A stretch of 64,000 bases of DNA from an uncultured Pseudobdellovibrionaceae bacterium. GTDB lineage: Bacteria; Bdellovibrionota; FAC87; UBA2466. Position 1 is the first letter of the stretch, and each line of letters opens with the position of its first letter. Where the stretch lies: the NCBI GenBank assembly GCA_964653655.1, contig CAZZHG010000017.1, forward strand, positions 279 to 64,278, given 5' to 3'. Positions 46,544-56,426 of this stretch are shown in pieces. Both the position numbers and the translations under genes were made by a program. The notes below the pieces were generated by a model, which did not search any database, was not told the DNA's origin, and was given only the letters and a program-made list of their open reading frames with translations.

Positions 46544-47927
46544 TATCCCCCTCACCCCCGATGAAGAGAAAAAGATGCTCGCCGCCGTCGGGCTGGCCGG
46601 GCTCGACGATCTTTTCTCCACGATCCCTCCCAAAATCCGGGAGAAGGCCGAGCTGAAGTTCGAGCTTCCCGACTGCCCCTCGACTCGCACGAAAGGGCTC
46701 TCCGAGCACGAGCTGCGCAAGTATTTCGGCCGGCTCTCGGCCAAGAATCAAAAGGCGGACATTCACTTTCTGGGCGGCGGCATCTACGACAACATCGTTC
46801 CCGCCATCGTCGATCAGCTCGCGCTTCGCGGCGAGTTCCTCACCACGTACACGCCCTACCAGCCGGAGATCAGCCAAGGCACGCTTCAGGTCATCTTCGA
46901 GTTCCAAACCTTGATCTCCCGCATGACGGGAATGGAAGTGGCCAACGCCTCCATGTACGACGGCCCGACCGCCACCGCCGAAGCGGTGCTCATGGCCCAG
47001 CGGATTTCGACCTCCGAGAAAAAGAATTTCCTGATCGCCAGCGCCCTCCCTCCGGACACGAAGGAAGTCGTGCGCACGTTCCTGCGCTATCAGCCGGGCC
47101 AATGCACCGAAGTCGGCTGGACGAAGGACGGCACGCTCGATCTCGACGCGCTCGCCAAGGCTCTGAAGGATCAGGCGCCGGTCGCCCTGGTCGTCGGCTA
47201 CCCGAACTATTTCGGAGTCGTCGAGCCGCTGGCGAAAATCCGGGCCGCCCTTCCCGCGGAAACTCTTCTCATCACGAGCAGCGCGGACCCATCGGCGCTT
47301 TCTCTGTTCGAATCTCCGGGAAAACTCGGCGCCGACATCGTCGCCGGCGAAGCTCACCAGTTCGGCACGCCCATGCTGTTCGGCGGGCCGCACCTCGGGT
47401 TCTTCGCGACGAAAAAGGAATTTCTCCGCAATATGCCGGGACGGCTTTGCGGCGAGACGACGGACGCTCACGGCAAGCGGGCCTACACGCTGACGCTTTC
47501 CACGCGCGAGCAGCACATCCGGCGCGAACGGGCGACTTCGAATATTTGCACGAACCAGGGGCTAATCGCGCTCCGGGCCACCATTTATCTCAGCTTCCTC
47601 GGCAAGCAGGGCTTCGTGAATCTCGGCGAGACGAATTACTCGCTCTTTGATTACCTGGCGAAATCCCTGGAGGCGGTCGGCATCCGGCGCAAGTTCTCCG
47701 GCCCCCATTACCGCGAAGGCGTTTTCGAAGTTCCGAATCTCAAACACCGGTTTCAGAAGGCCTTGGACAAGGGTGTGCTCCCCGGCTCGCGGCTCACCGG
47801 CCGTTTCCGCTGGGAGAACAGCAACCTTCCGGCCGACGAGTTCGCGAACTCCCTTCTCATCTGCGCCCATCCGAAGCACTCGCGCCAGGATATCGACAGG
47901 CTAGTGGAGGTGATTTCCTGTGACTGA
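46536..47927 (+). CDS. gcvPA: Glycine dehydrogenase subunit 1
   Basis: YTPYQPEISQG, NASMYDG and REQHIRRERATSNICTNQ. Confidence 0.96.
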   Translation: MPSIPLTPDEEKKMLAAVGLAGLDDLFSTIPPKIREKAELKFELPDCPSTRTKGLSEHELRKYFGRLSAKNQKADIHFLGGGIYDNIVPAIVDQLALRGEFLTTYTPYQPEISQGTLQVIFEFQTLISRMTGMEVANASMYDGPTATAEAVLMAQRISTSEKKNFLIASALPPDTKEVVRTFLRYQPGQCTEVGWTKDGTLDLDALAKALKDQAPVALVVGYPNYFGVVEPLAKIRAALPAETLLITSSADPSALSLFESPGKLGADIVAGEAHQFGTPMLFGGPHLGFFATKKEFLRNMPGRLCGETTDAHGKRAYTLTLSTREQHIRRERATSNICTNQGLIALRATIYLSFLGKQGFVNLGETNYSLFDYLAKSLEAVGIRRKFSGPHYREGVFEVPNLKHRFQKALDKGVLPGSRLTGRFRWENSNLPADEFANSLLICAHPKHSRQDIDRLVEVISCD

Positions 47928-49419
47928 GAAGCCCGACACGGCACCGGTCAGCCAAGCCACCCGCGGCCTCGCCATGGAAGAAGGCACCATTTTCGATCGC
48001 TCCTCCGCGGGACGAGTCGGCTTCGAGCTTCCGCTGCTCGAAGTTCCGGCCAAACGCCCCCAGGAAGGCGCCCGCTCAGCTCCCGCGGAGCTGCCCGAGG
48101 TGAGCGAGCTGGACACCGTCCGCCACTTTACGCGTTTATCGTCTTGGAACTACTCCATCGACACCGGCACGTTCCCGCTGGGCTCGTGCACGATGAAGTA
48201 CAACCCGCGCATCAACGAAGAGCTCGCGGCCCTGCCCGGCCTCGCCAACATCCACCCGGATATGCCGGCGGAGACCTGTCAGGGCGCCCTCGAAGTCATC
48301 CACCGTTGCGAACGCGTGCTCTGTGACATTTCCGGGCTCGACGAATGCTCCGTGCAACCGGCGGCGGGCGCTCACGGCGAGTTCACGGGGCTTGCGATCA
48401 TCCGCGCGTTCCACGAAAGCCTCGGCAGCGCGCGAAATCTCGTTCTCGTTCCGGACTCCGCCCACGGCACGAACCCGGCCACCTGCACGCTGGTCGGTTA
48501 CAAAGTCGTCCAGCTGAAAACCGGCGCGAACGGCATCGCCACCGTGGAATCCGTCGAGGAAGCCATCGAGAAGCACGGCCGCGACATCGCCGCCATGATG
48601 GTCACCAATCCCTCGACCCTCGGGCTCTTCGAATCGAATCTTCCGGAGATCGCCGACCGGCTGCACGCCATCGGCGCCCAGATCTACATGGACGGCGCGA
48701 ACATGAACGCGGTTCTCGGCGTCGCCAAAGCACGCGACCTCGGCGTCGACGTCCAGCACTTCAATTTGCACAAGACCTTCTCCACGCCTCACGGCGGAGG
48801 CGGTCCCGGCGCGGGTCCGGTGGCGGTACGAAGCCACCTCGCGCCCTTTCTGCCCAACCCCCGCGTGCGTTTTGTCGACGGCAAGTACTCCATCGAGCAG
48901 CTTCCCCAGAGCGTCGGCAAAGTAAAAAGCGGCATGGGCAATTTCGGCGTCATCGTCCGCGCGCTGGCTTACATTCTCCATCACGGCGCTCCGGGCTTGA
49001 AAAGGGTTTCCCAGGCGGCGGTCCTCAACGCGAATTACCTCCGGGTACGCCTGCAGGATTTGTATCCGACGGCCGTGGAACGGCAGAGCATGCACGAGTG
49101 CGTGCTCACGGATCAGAAGTTCTCCAAGAAGAACGGCGTCAAGACCCTGCAAATCGCAAAAGCCCTCATCGACCGAGGCTACCATCCGCCCACGATCTAC
49201 TTCCCGCTAATCGTTCCCGGGGCCATGCTGATCGAGCCCACGGAAACGGAGAGCCTCCGGGAATTGGACGGGCTCGTGGCCGCCTTCCGGGACATCGCCC
49301 GCCTGATCGAGTCGGGAGAGACCTTTGAAAACGCACCCACAAAAACAATCGTGGGAAAGGTGGATGAGGTGGGAGCGGCTCGGCGCCCAATCCTCACGGT
49401 GGACGACCGGACTCGGTGA
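47920..49419 (+). CDS. gcvPB: Glycine dehydrogenase subunit 2
   Basis: PLGSCTMKYNP, SAHGTNPA, NLHKTFSTPHGGGGPG and IEPTETES. Confidence 0.96.
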   Translation: MTEKPDTAPVSQATRGLAMEEGTIFDRSSAGRVGFELPLLEVPAKRPQEGARSAPAELPEVSELDTVRHFTRLSSWNYSIDTGTFPLGSCTMKYNPRINEELAALPGLANIHPDMPAETCQGALEVIHRCERVLCDISGLDECSVQPAAGAHGEFTGLAIIRAFHESLGSARNLVLVPDSAHGTNPATCTLVGYKVVQLKTGANGIATVESVEEAIEKHGRDIAAMMVTNPSTLGLFESNLPEIADRLHAIGAQIYMDGANMNAVLGVAKARDLGVDVQHFNLHKTFSTPHGGGGPGAGPVAVRSHLAPFLPNPRVRFVDGKYSIEQLPQSVGKVKSGMGNFGVIVRALAYILHHGAPGLKRVSQAAVLNANYLRVRLQDLYPTAVERQSMHECVLTDQKFSKKNGVKTLQIAKALIDRGYHPPTIYFPLIVPGAMLIEPTETESLRELDGLVAAFRDIARLIESGETFENAPTKTIVGKVDEVGAARRPILTVDDRTR

Positions 49420-50848
49420 TCAAGGCTTCACCGTCGGACTCATCGTCTTCACGCTGCTCCATTTCCTGCTCTCCGTGCATTTCCCTCTCGCCGAGGACGA
49501 GCTCTATTATTGGAGCTGGGCGCGCGATCTTCAGTGGAGTTACTTCGACCACCCGCCCATGGTCGCCTATCTCATCCGTTTCTCGACGGCGATTTTCGGA
49601 AACAATGCGTTCGGAATCCGCTTTTTCTCCGTCCTGTCGGGCACGCTGATCCTTTGGGTCCTCGGCCACCGGATGACCGGACGCGGTCTGATTCTCGCTC
49701 TCGCCTGCACGCCGGTCGTCGCGGTGCTGTCTCTGTACATGACCCCGGACATTCCGCTCATCGCTTTTTGGCTTCTCTATGCCCAGTGGGCCGCCGCCGT
49801 GAACCGGCGCCTTCAGGAGTGGGGCAACGATCCGGTCCAGCGCGTGTACCATCAGTCGCCGATACCGGCGAGCCTTTGGGCGGTCGGAGGCTTACTTCTC
49901 GGGCTCGGAATGCTCAGCAAATACACGATGGCCCTCGCGCCGCTTTGCTTCGGGCTTCTGTGCCTCATGAACTACCGGTTGCGGGCTTGGATCTCGGGCT
50001 TCGCTCTCCACCTTTCGATCGCCTTTCTCGTTTCGCTTCCAATCCTCGTCTACAATCTGCAGACGGGTTTCCTTCCGCTTCGTTTTCAGTGGGGCCACTC
50101 CCTGGGGGCGAGCGCACCGCCCGCCTTTTGGAATTTCATGACCGGTCAGCTAGCTCTCGTCGGCGCGCTCCCGTTCCTGATGGCGCCGTGGATCGTCGCC
50201 TTCCGCCGCCGGCTCTGCGCGATACCCGAGTTGCAGGTCGCCTACTACTTCTTCATCCCGCCCCTCACTTTCTTTCTGATTCAGGCGGCGCGCGCCCCCA
50301 TGGAAGGCAACTGGAGCCTGGTCGCGTACGTTCTCTTTTGGCCGCTCGCTCACGTTCTGCTCTCCGATAACTCCTTCAAGACCGCCGGAAGAATCCTCGT
50401 GCTCCTCACCATGGCGCCCGCATTCGCCGTTACCCTGGGCCTTCTGATTCACAGCTTTCACCCCCTTGCCGTGGTCCCCATCGAGAAGGACCGGCTAGTG
50501 GCGCTGAGAGGCAAGCAGGCGGCCGTGGAAAAGCTCGCCGCCGACTTCAAGACGTCCCACGCGGGACAGAGCGTTTTCTCGCCGACGTACCAGTGGACGT
50601 CTTACTTACGTTATGCGGGCCTGCCCGTGCGGCCTCTGCCCCTCGGCCGGATGAATCACTTCCGGATGCGGGATGCGGGCGACGTCTGCGCCGAGACACA
50701 AGCCTTCGTTCTCGTCGAGGGCGGCGCCGTGGATCCGCTTCTCTCCTGCTTCCCCAACCGCGAGGAACTCGAGTTCGAGCCGATAGTCATCCGCGGCAAG
50801 ACCGTGGGCAATCTGACTCTCCAGAGGTTTTCGAGGGCGCTTCCTTGA
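49364..50848 (+). CDS. ArnT/PMT-like (GT39/GT83) membrane glycosyltransferase
   Basis: DELYYWSW...SYFDHPPM, TPD and GMLSKY, with many TM helices. Start is uncertain (49325 or 49364). Confidence 0.85.
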   Translation: MRWERLGAQSSRWTTGLGDQGFTVGLIVFTLLHFLLSVHFPLAEDELYYWSWARDLQWSYFDHPPMVAYLIRFSTAIFGNNAFGIRFFSVLSGTLILWVLGHRMTGRGLILALACTPVVAVLSLYMTPDIPLIAFWLLYAQWAAAVNRRLQEWGNDPVQRVYHQSPIPASLWAVGGLLLGLGMLSKYTMALAPLCFGLLCLMNYRLRAWISGFALHLSIAFLVSLPILVYNLQTGFLPLRFQWGHSLGASAPPAFWNFMTGQLALVGALPFLMAPWIVAFRRRLCAIPELQVAYYFFIPPLTFFLIQAARAPMEGNWSLVAYVLFWPLAHVLLSDNSFKTAGRILVLLTMAPAFAVTLGLLIHSFHPLAVVPIEKDRLVALRGKQAAVEKLAADFKTSHAGQSVFSPTYQWTSYLRYAGLPVRPLPLGRMNHFRMRDAGDVCAETQAFVLVEGGAVDPLLSCFPNREELEFEPIVIRGKTVGNLTLQRFSRALP

Positions 50849-52041
50849 AACTGCGGCGCTGGATATTTTTCGTCATCTTTCTCGCCGGCGCGTTCGAGAT
50901 CTATTCCATCCTTCCGCCGCGGCCGCCCCAGGCCGGAGCGGCGCGGACGTTTCGCATGGGCGCGCTCCACGTACACTCGCACTTTTCCTCGGACGGCGGC
51001 GGCACCATCCCCGAGATTGCGGCTGGCGCGAAACAGGCCGGCTTTGATTTCGTCGTCATCACCGATCACGACAACATCGGCGCGAAGCGCGCCGGTCAGG
51101 AAGGAACTTACGACGGCGTCGACATGTTCGTCGCGATGGAGGCGTCGACCCCCGCCGGGCACCTGCTCACTTTCTTTCCCTCGCAGCTCGCCGAAAACCG
51201 CACGGATCAGTCGCTCGTGGATCTTTCTTGGAGCCACCTCATCGGCACGGGTTCGGCAGCCGATCTGTTCGTCGCCGTCGCTCACCCTACGAACCTGAAA
51301 CGCCCCTGGGATCGGCTCGACCGCATCCCGGAAGGGGTCGAGATAGTGAACTTCGATTCCGCGTGGCAACGTCAGTTCTACGAGTCCTCGGTGGGCCTCT
51401 CGACGACTGTGGCGCTGCTTCCGATGAATCAGTTTCTCGCCGTCGCCCGCTTCACGGAAATCTACAAGAAGGACTTCGTCGCGTGGGACTCCCTGAACGC
51501 GATGTCTACCGGTCATTTCGGCATCCTCGGCCACGACGCTCACGCGAAGCTTATCTTGAGAAAAGATCTCTCCGTACGTTGGCCGGACTACGGCCAAGGT
51601 TTTCGAGTCGCGTCCAATCTCGTGTTCGTGCCCGAACCCCAATCCGAGGATTTCGAGGCGCGCCGAACCGCGCTTTTCCAAGCCATTCGCCAGGGGCGGG
51701 TCGCCGTCGCTTATCAGTATCTCTATCCCGTGGAAGGCGCCGACTGGTTGTATGAATGCGGGACCGATGGGGTCGCCAGAAGCGGCGATACCGCGAAATT
51801 CGCCGACGGCTGCGGCTTTCTCGTGAAGCTTCCGCCGGGGTTCCCCTACAAGACGATCGTGAGACTGTGGAAGGACGGCAACTTGGAGTCGGAGACCACG
51901 GCCGCGGGCACGGCGAAGCTTCCCGCCACGACACCCGGCGTCTACCGCTTGGAAGTGTGGGTTGAGCTCCGTACTCTCACGGGCTTTCTGCTGGGCGGCG
52001 AAAGCCCCTATCTGTTTTACAATCCCATCACCCTTCGTTAA
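50845..52041 (+). CDS. PHP-domain (CehA/McbA-like) metallohydrolase, membrane-anchored
   Basis: HVHS..SDG, ITDHD, AHP and GHDAH. TTG start overlaps the upstream stop. Confidence 0.8.
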   Translation: MKLRRWIFFVIFLAGAFEIYSILPPRPPQAGAARTFRMGALHVHSHFSSDGGGTIPEIAAGAKQAGFDFVVITDHDNIGAKRAGQEGTYDGVDMFVAMEASTPAGHLLTFFPSQLAENRTDQSLVDLSWSHLIGTGSAADLFVAVAHPTNLKRPWDRLDRIPEGVEIVNFDSAWQRQFYESSVGLSTTVALLPMNQFLAVARFTEIYKKDFVAWDSLNAMSTGHFGILGHDAHAKLILRKDLSVRWPDYGQGFRVASNLVFVPEPQSEDFEARRTALFQAIRQGRVAVAYQYLYPVEGADWLYECGTDGVARSGDTAKFADGCGFLVKLPPGFPYKTIVRLWKDGNLESETTAAGTAKLPATTPGVYRLEVWVELRTLTGFLLGGESPYLFYNPITLR

Positions 52042-52082
52042 GAAAAACACAGACTTCTCCGATAGGTGTGAAGGATTCTCCT

Positions 52083-52577
52083 ATGTCATCGACGAAACAA
52101 CTTTGGGCACCCTGGCGAATGGAGTTTTTGAAAGGACCGAAGGAAGACGGCTGCGTTTTCTGCACGCGTCTCAATCGATCCGAAGATCGGGACGACCTGA
52201 TCCTCCACCGCGGAAAGTTGAACTTCGTGATCCTGAACAAGTATCCGTATTGCAACGGCCACCTGATGGTCGTTCCGAACCGGCACACGGCGGACTTCAA
52301 CTCACTCACCCCGGCGGAAGCCACCGACATGCACGTTCTCGCTCAGCACGGAGTGAAAGCGCTGAACGAGGCCTTCGGGCCGGGCGGCTTCAACCTCGGC
52401 ATGAATCTCGGCGCGGCCGGCGGCGCGGGAATCCGCGATCACCTGCATCTGCACGTCGTCCCCCGCTGGGTCGGCGATACTAATTTTCTGCCGGTCATCG
52501 CCGAAACACGCTCGATGCCGCAGCATCTTTTGGATAGTTACGACACGCTCGCTCCCTACTTCTCGAGGATTAAATGA
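52083..52577 (+). CDS. HIT family hydrolase
   Basis: LWAPWR, CVFC, NKYPY..GH and HLHLHVVPRW. Confidence 0.93.
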   Translation: MSSTKQLWAPWRMEFLKGPKEDGCVFCTRLNRSEDRDDLILHRGKLNFVILNKYPYCNGHLMVVPNRHTADFNSLTPAEATDMHVLAQHGVKALNEAFGPGGFNLGMNLGAAGGAGIRDHLHLHVVPRWVGDTNFLPVIAETRSMPQHLLDSYDTLAPYFSRIK

Positions 52578-52954
52578 AGGGCTTGAAGGTCATCCCGCTG
52601 TTCGGCTTCCTGATCGTGCTCACCTACGTGGGGGTGAGCTTCGTCCGCCAGAATCCCCAGGACGTCGTCGTGAAATTCGGCGAGCGGGCGACTTCACCGA
52701 CCGCCCTCGGCTTCGTTATTCTGACGAGCATTCTCGGCGGCATGGTGTTCGCCGGCATCCTGTGCAGCCTCGAGCTCATGATCCTGTACATGGAAAACAA
52801 GAAGATGCGCCGCAAGCTTTTCCCCCGTCACCCCGCCTCGACCGGCGGAGCCCTCGGCAAGAAGATGACCGACGAGTACACGGGCGATATCGACGAGGGT
52901 CTTCGGCAGTCCGCCGAGCCCCGGGATGAAACCACGGGAAGCCACCAGCCGTGA
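52574..52954 (+). CDS. LapA (DUF1049)-family membrane protein
   Basis: Two TM helices joined by F-x-x-QN..V.V.F, followed by a basic coiled segment. Confidence 0.65.
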   Translation: MKGLKVIPLFGFLIVLTYVGVSFVRQNPQDVVVKFGERATSPTALGFVILTSILGGMVFAGILCSLELMILYMENKKMRRKLFPRHPASTGGALGKKMTDEYTGDIDEGLRQSAEPRDETTGSHQP

Positions 52955-54141
52955 ACGTCGGATTCGTCGGAATTCAGCCCGGCGAGGACCTCAAGCGGGG
53001 ACTGCTCGCGGGCAAATTTCCGTTCGAAATCCTACGCCGCCTCCCCGACGCCATCGACCCGCCCGATCTTCTCGTCTTCTCGCCGAAAACTCCGGCCGCC
53101 CTGAAAGAGTTGCGCGAGCTGAAGGAACGCTGCCCGAATCTGTGGATTGCCGTCGTTCTGCCGAAGGACTGGCTCGCCGAGCCCGAGTGGCAGCGGGCGC
53201 TTTTGACCTGCCCCGAGAAGAGCGACGTGTGGGCCGCGGAGTTCTGGGAGTGGACGTTTTGGTTCGCCCTCCAAAAGGCGGGGGAGTTTCAGGAACAACG
53301 AGCGAAGTTCGCGGCGTTGCAAAACGAGAACGCCCTGCTGAAAGCGCACTACGAGGATCTCACGAAGTCCTCCGAGCGCCTGGTCGCCCAGTTCGAGCGC
53401 AACGTGGGGCTCGCCGGCAACATCCAGCGCTCGCTCCTTCCGAAGCGCTCGCCGGACATTCCCGGCATCTCGGTCGCCGTGAAGTACATTCCGGCCGCGG
53501 GGGTCGGCGGCGACTACTACGACATTTTCGAGTTCGGCGATCGCAAACGCTTCGGGTTTTTGCTCGCCGATTCCAAAAGCCACGGCATGGCGGCGACTCT
53601 TCTCTCTGTGCTGCTGAAGGTTCGCCTGGAGGAGATGAAGGATCGGTTTCCCGACGCGAAGTCGTTCATGGAATTTCTCAACACGGAAATCAGAAACCTC
53701 CACGAGTCCGATCTCGCGAACCTGTCGCTTCTTTACGGAATCCTCGACCGCACTTCCCTGGAGTTTCGTTTCTGCGTGGCCGGGACCTTGCAGCCGACCC
53801 TCTGGCGGCAGGGCGCGCCCGTGGATCTCGGAACCATCCCGAAGGCTCCGCCCCTCGGGGGAATGGATCACTTCGCGTTCCGGGAGCAGACGGTGCGCCT
53901 CGAGCCCGGCGACCTGATGCTGCTCCACACGGACGGCCTCGAGACCCCGCTCGCCCATTCGGGCCGGCAGCTACCCGATCTTCTCGCCGCGAAGGACCCG
54001 TCTCCGGATCCCCTCGAAGTTCAGAATGAGCTCATGGGGCTCATCGATTCCTACAAGGCCCACGGCCCCATTCCCGACGACATCACCCTCATCCACCTCA
54101 CGGTGGACGCCCGCGTCCTCTATCTTGCCTCGAACAAATAA
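52951..54141 (+). CDS. PP2C/SpoIIE family Ser/Thr phosphatase
   Basis: IQRSLLP, VGGDYYD, ADSKSHG, HTDGL and DDIT, preceded by a coiled coil. Confidence 0.9.
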   Translation: MNVGFVGIQPGEDLKRGLLAGKFPFEILRRLPDAIDPPDLLVFSPKTPAALKELRELKERCPNLWIAVVLPKDWLAEPEWQRALLTCPEKSDVWAAEFWEWTFWFALQKAGEFQEQRAKFAALQNENALLKAHYEDLTKSSERLVAQFERNVGLAGNIQRSLLPKRSPDIPGISVAVKYIPAAGVGGDYYDIFEFGDRKRFGFLLADSKSHGMAATLLSVLLKVRLEEMKDRFPDAKSFMEFLNTEIRNLHESDLANLSLLYGILDRTSLEFRFCVAGTLQPTLWRQGAPVDLGTIPKAPPLGGMDHFAFREQTVRLEPGDLMLLHTDGLETPLAHSGRQLPDLLAAKDPSPDPLEVQNELMGLIDSYKAHGPIPDDITLIHLTVDARVLYLASNK

Positions 54142-54159
54142 TCGCTCTAGATTGTGCCG

Positions 54160-54633
54160 ATGCGTTTCGGACCCTTTCCCAAGCGGGACATTCCCAAGAT
54201 CGAAGCCTTGCTCGCCAAGGCCAATCTGAAGTTCGAGATCGTGCCGGACGAGACGGCCTTCGAGCGGATGGAAAAAGACGTCGAGCGCCAAACGACGAAC
54301 CCTTACCCGACGGCGCAGCTCGATCCCGATACGCTTTTCGTTGAAATCGACGACGAGTCCTTGGAGAACTTCGTGCCCGACGCAGAGCTCGAGGAGATGG
54401 GGCTTTCCCTCGGGCTTCCCGTTCCCGATTTTCACAACCAGGATTTCGTCTGCCCGAAATGCGAGCTGTCCCAAGAAACTCCCGGCAAGTGCCCGAACGA
54501 CGGCGAGACCCTTCTCGAGTTTTCCGACTACGTGAGGCACAAGAACGAAAAGAACGCGCCGTCCAACTTCATCTTTTTCGGCATCATGGGCTTCGTGCTG
54601 ATCGTGATTGTCGCCTACGCGATCTGGGGCTGA
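54160..54633 (+). CDS. Hypothetical protein with CxxC/CPxD zinc-ribbon-like motif and C-terminal TM helix
   Basis: CPKCELSQETPGKCPND and a hydrophobic C-terminus. Confidence 0.65.
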   Translation: MRFGPFPKRDIPKIEALLAKANLKFEIVPDETAFERMEKDVERQTTNPYPTAQLDPDTLFVEIDDESLENFVPDAELEEMGLSLGLPVPDFHNQDFVCPKCELSQETPGKCPNDGETLLEFSDYVRHKNEKNAPSNFIFFGIMGFVLIVIVAYAIWG

Positions 54634-54637
54634 GCCG

Positions 54638-55123
54638 ATGCGCCTTCTAATTCTCAGCCTGGTTCCTTTTCTTCTCGCCGGCATTAACGCCAGCGAAGCG
54701 GAGAAAGTGCGCGCCGCTTCCGATCCGGCCGCCGCCGTCAAACTGGCGGCGGAGACGGAAGTTTACGTCGTCACCGTAAAGAAGATTTTGAACAAGGGCA
54801 CCCCGACCAACGGACAGCCGCCCCTAGTGCGGGTCCGGATCGAGCGCACGCTTCGGGGAAAACCATTCGATGAGAGTAATTACCTCGTGTGGTTGCCGTT
54901 GCCGAGGGGGACGATCGACTGGAACTGCGACTCGAAATGCAGGGAGGACCACCTCAACTCATGGGCCGACTCGCCCGCCCAGACCCCGGCGGTGGGAGAA
55001 AAGTATTTGGTCTGCGTCGCCAAAAAGCGCCAGGACTTCGTGGTCCCGTTCTACTGCCGTTTTCCGGCGACGGAGGCGAACCTGAAGGCGGTCGACGCGG
55101 GGCTAAAAGCTTCGCCCAAGTAG
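54638..55123 (+). CDS. Secreted hypothetical protein
   Basis: Signal-like N-terminus MRLLILSLVPFLLAG and four Cys. Confidence 0.55.
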   Translation: MRLLILSLVPFLLAGINASEAEKVRAASDPAAAVKLAAETEVYVVTVKKILNKGTPTNGQPPLVRVRIERTLRGKPFDESNYLVWLPLPRGTIDWNCDSKCREDHLNSWADSPAQTPAVGEKYLVCVAKKRQDFVVPFYCRFPATEANLKAVDAGLKASPK

Positions 55124-55156
55124 CTGGCAGGGAACTTTCCTCAGGAAAGTAAACAC

Positions 55157-55220
55157 GCTCCCCTGCTCCCCTGCTCCCCTGCTCCCCTGCTCCCCTGCTC
55201 CCCTGCTCCCCTGCCCCCCT
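55157..55220. repeat. Octamer tandem repeat (GCTCCCCT)x7 plus one variant unit
   Basis: Seven exact copies at 55157-55212, then GCCCCCCT, between convergent genes. Confidence 0.95.
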
Positions 55221-55228
55221 ACGCCATA

Positions 55229-56353
55229 TTAATCCAAATAGACTCGCGACACGCGAGAGGAGAGCCCGCACAGAACTTCGTAAGGAATGGTTTTCGCCCA
55301 GTTGGCGACTTCCCAGGCGGTGATCCTCGCCTCTCCCGAGCCGCCGATGAGGGTGACGAGAGCGCCTTCCTTCAGCCCCGAAAAGCCGCTGACGTCGATG
55401 GCCGTCATGTCCATGGAGATGCGCCCGCGGATGAGCGTGCGCTTTCCGTCGACGAGAACTTCGCCGGCGTTACTCAATAGCCGCGGGTATCCGTCGGCGT
55501 ATCCGATCGGAACGATGGCGACCTTCTCTTCGCCGTTCGCCTGGTAAGTACGGCCGTAACCGACGGTGTCTCCTTGCGCGAGATTCTTCACCGCAATCAC
55601 GCGCGTTTTCCATTCGAGAACCGGAAAGAGCTCCTCGGAACGCGGAAGGTTCGGGTTCGGCGTGATGCCGTAAAGCGCGAGCCCGGGGCGCACGGCGTTC
55701 GTCGAACCGATCTTTCCGCGCAGGATGGCGCCGGAGTTCGCGATGTGAAGTTTTGCGTCGGTGGCGAGAAGCTTCGCGTGCTGAAATCTTTCGCGGCACT
55801 GATCGAACTGCTTCAGCTGACTGTCGGTGAACTCCGACAACGCCGATTCACTTTCGGCGAAGTGGCTTGCTAGCCCAGCGAGCTTTATCTTCATTCCCTC
55901 GAGCGTCCGTACCGCTTCGTCGACTTCGTCCGCCTTGATGCCGAGCCGGTTCATGCCGGTATCGAGCTTCAGATGAATCTCGGGCATCTTCTCCCGGCCC
56001 TTCAGGCTCTTTAGATGGTTCAAGGAGTGAATCATCGGCACGAGGTGGTAATTGAAATAGGCGTCGGCCTGATGGGGTAGAAAACCCGAGAGCACGAGAA
56101 TCCGGATCGAATGGGGAGTACGCCGGCGAAGCTCCATCGCTTCTTCCAGGGTAGCGACCGCGACCATGTCGACCCCGCCCCGGCTGACCAACGCGCGGGC
56201 TATGGGCACCATCCCGTGGCCGTAAGCGTCCGCCTTGATGACCGGAATCACCTCCTGGCGGCACAAGTTGCGCAAGGTATAGAGATTCTTCAGCAGACGG
56301 GACAGCGAGATTTCGGCCACCGTCCGGTAGGGGAATTGAAAAATGACGCCCAC
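55229..56353 (-). CDS. alr: Alanine racemase
   Basis: VIKADAYGHG PLP-Lys motif, HLKLDTGMNRLG, IGYADG and GRISMD. Confidence 0.96.
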   Translation of the reverse strand: MGVIFQFPYRTVAEISLSRLLKNLYTLRNLCRQEVIPVIKADAYGHGMVPIARALVSRGGVDMVAVATLEEAMELRRRTPHSIRILVLSGFLPHQADAYFNYHLVPMIHSLNHLKSLKGREKMPEIHLKLDTGMNRLGIKADEVDEAVRTLEGMKIKLAGLASHFAESESALSEFTDSQLKQFDQCRERFQHAKLLATDAKLHIANSGAILRGKIGSTNAVRPGLALYGITPNPNLPRSEELFPVLEWKTRVIAVKNLAQGDTVGYGRTYQANGEEKVAIVPIGYADGYPRLLSNAGEVLVDGKRTLIRGRISMDMTAIDVSGFSGLKEGALVTLIGGSGEARITAWEVANWAKTIPYEVLCGLSSRVSRVYLD

Positions 56354-56426
56354 GCCGGGCTATATTGTCCTGCCTGCCTCCAACCGTCTAGCCTTACCCC
56401 TGGTAATTTTGTTAAGGTGCCGCACA

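Noticed and set aside
55157..55220. CRISPR-like array
   Set aside because: The 8-bp units are contiguous with no spacers, and no cas genes are in the window.
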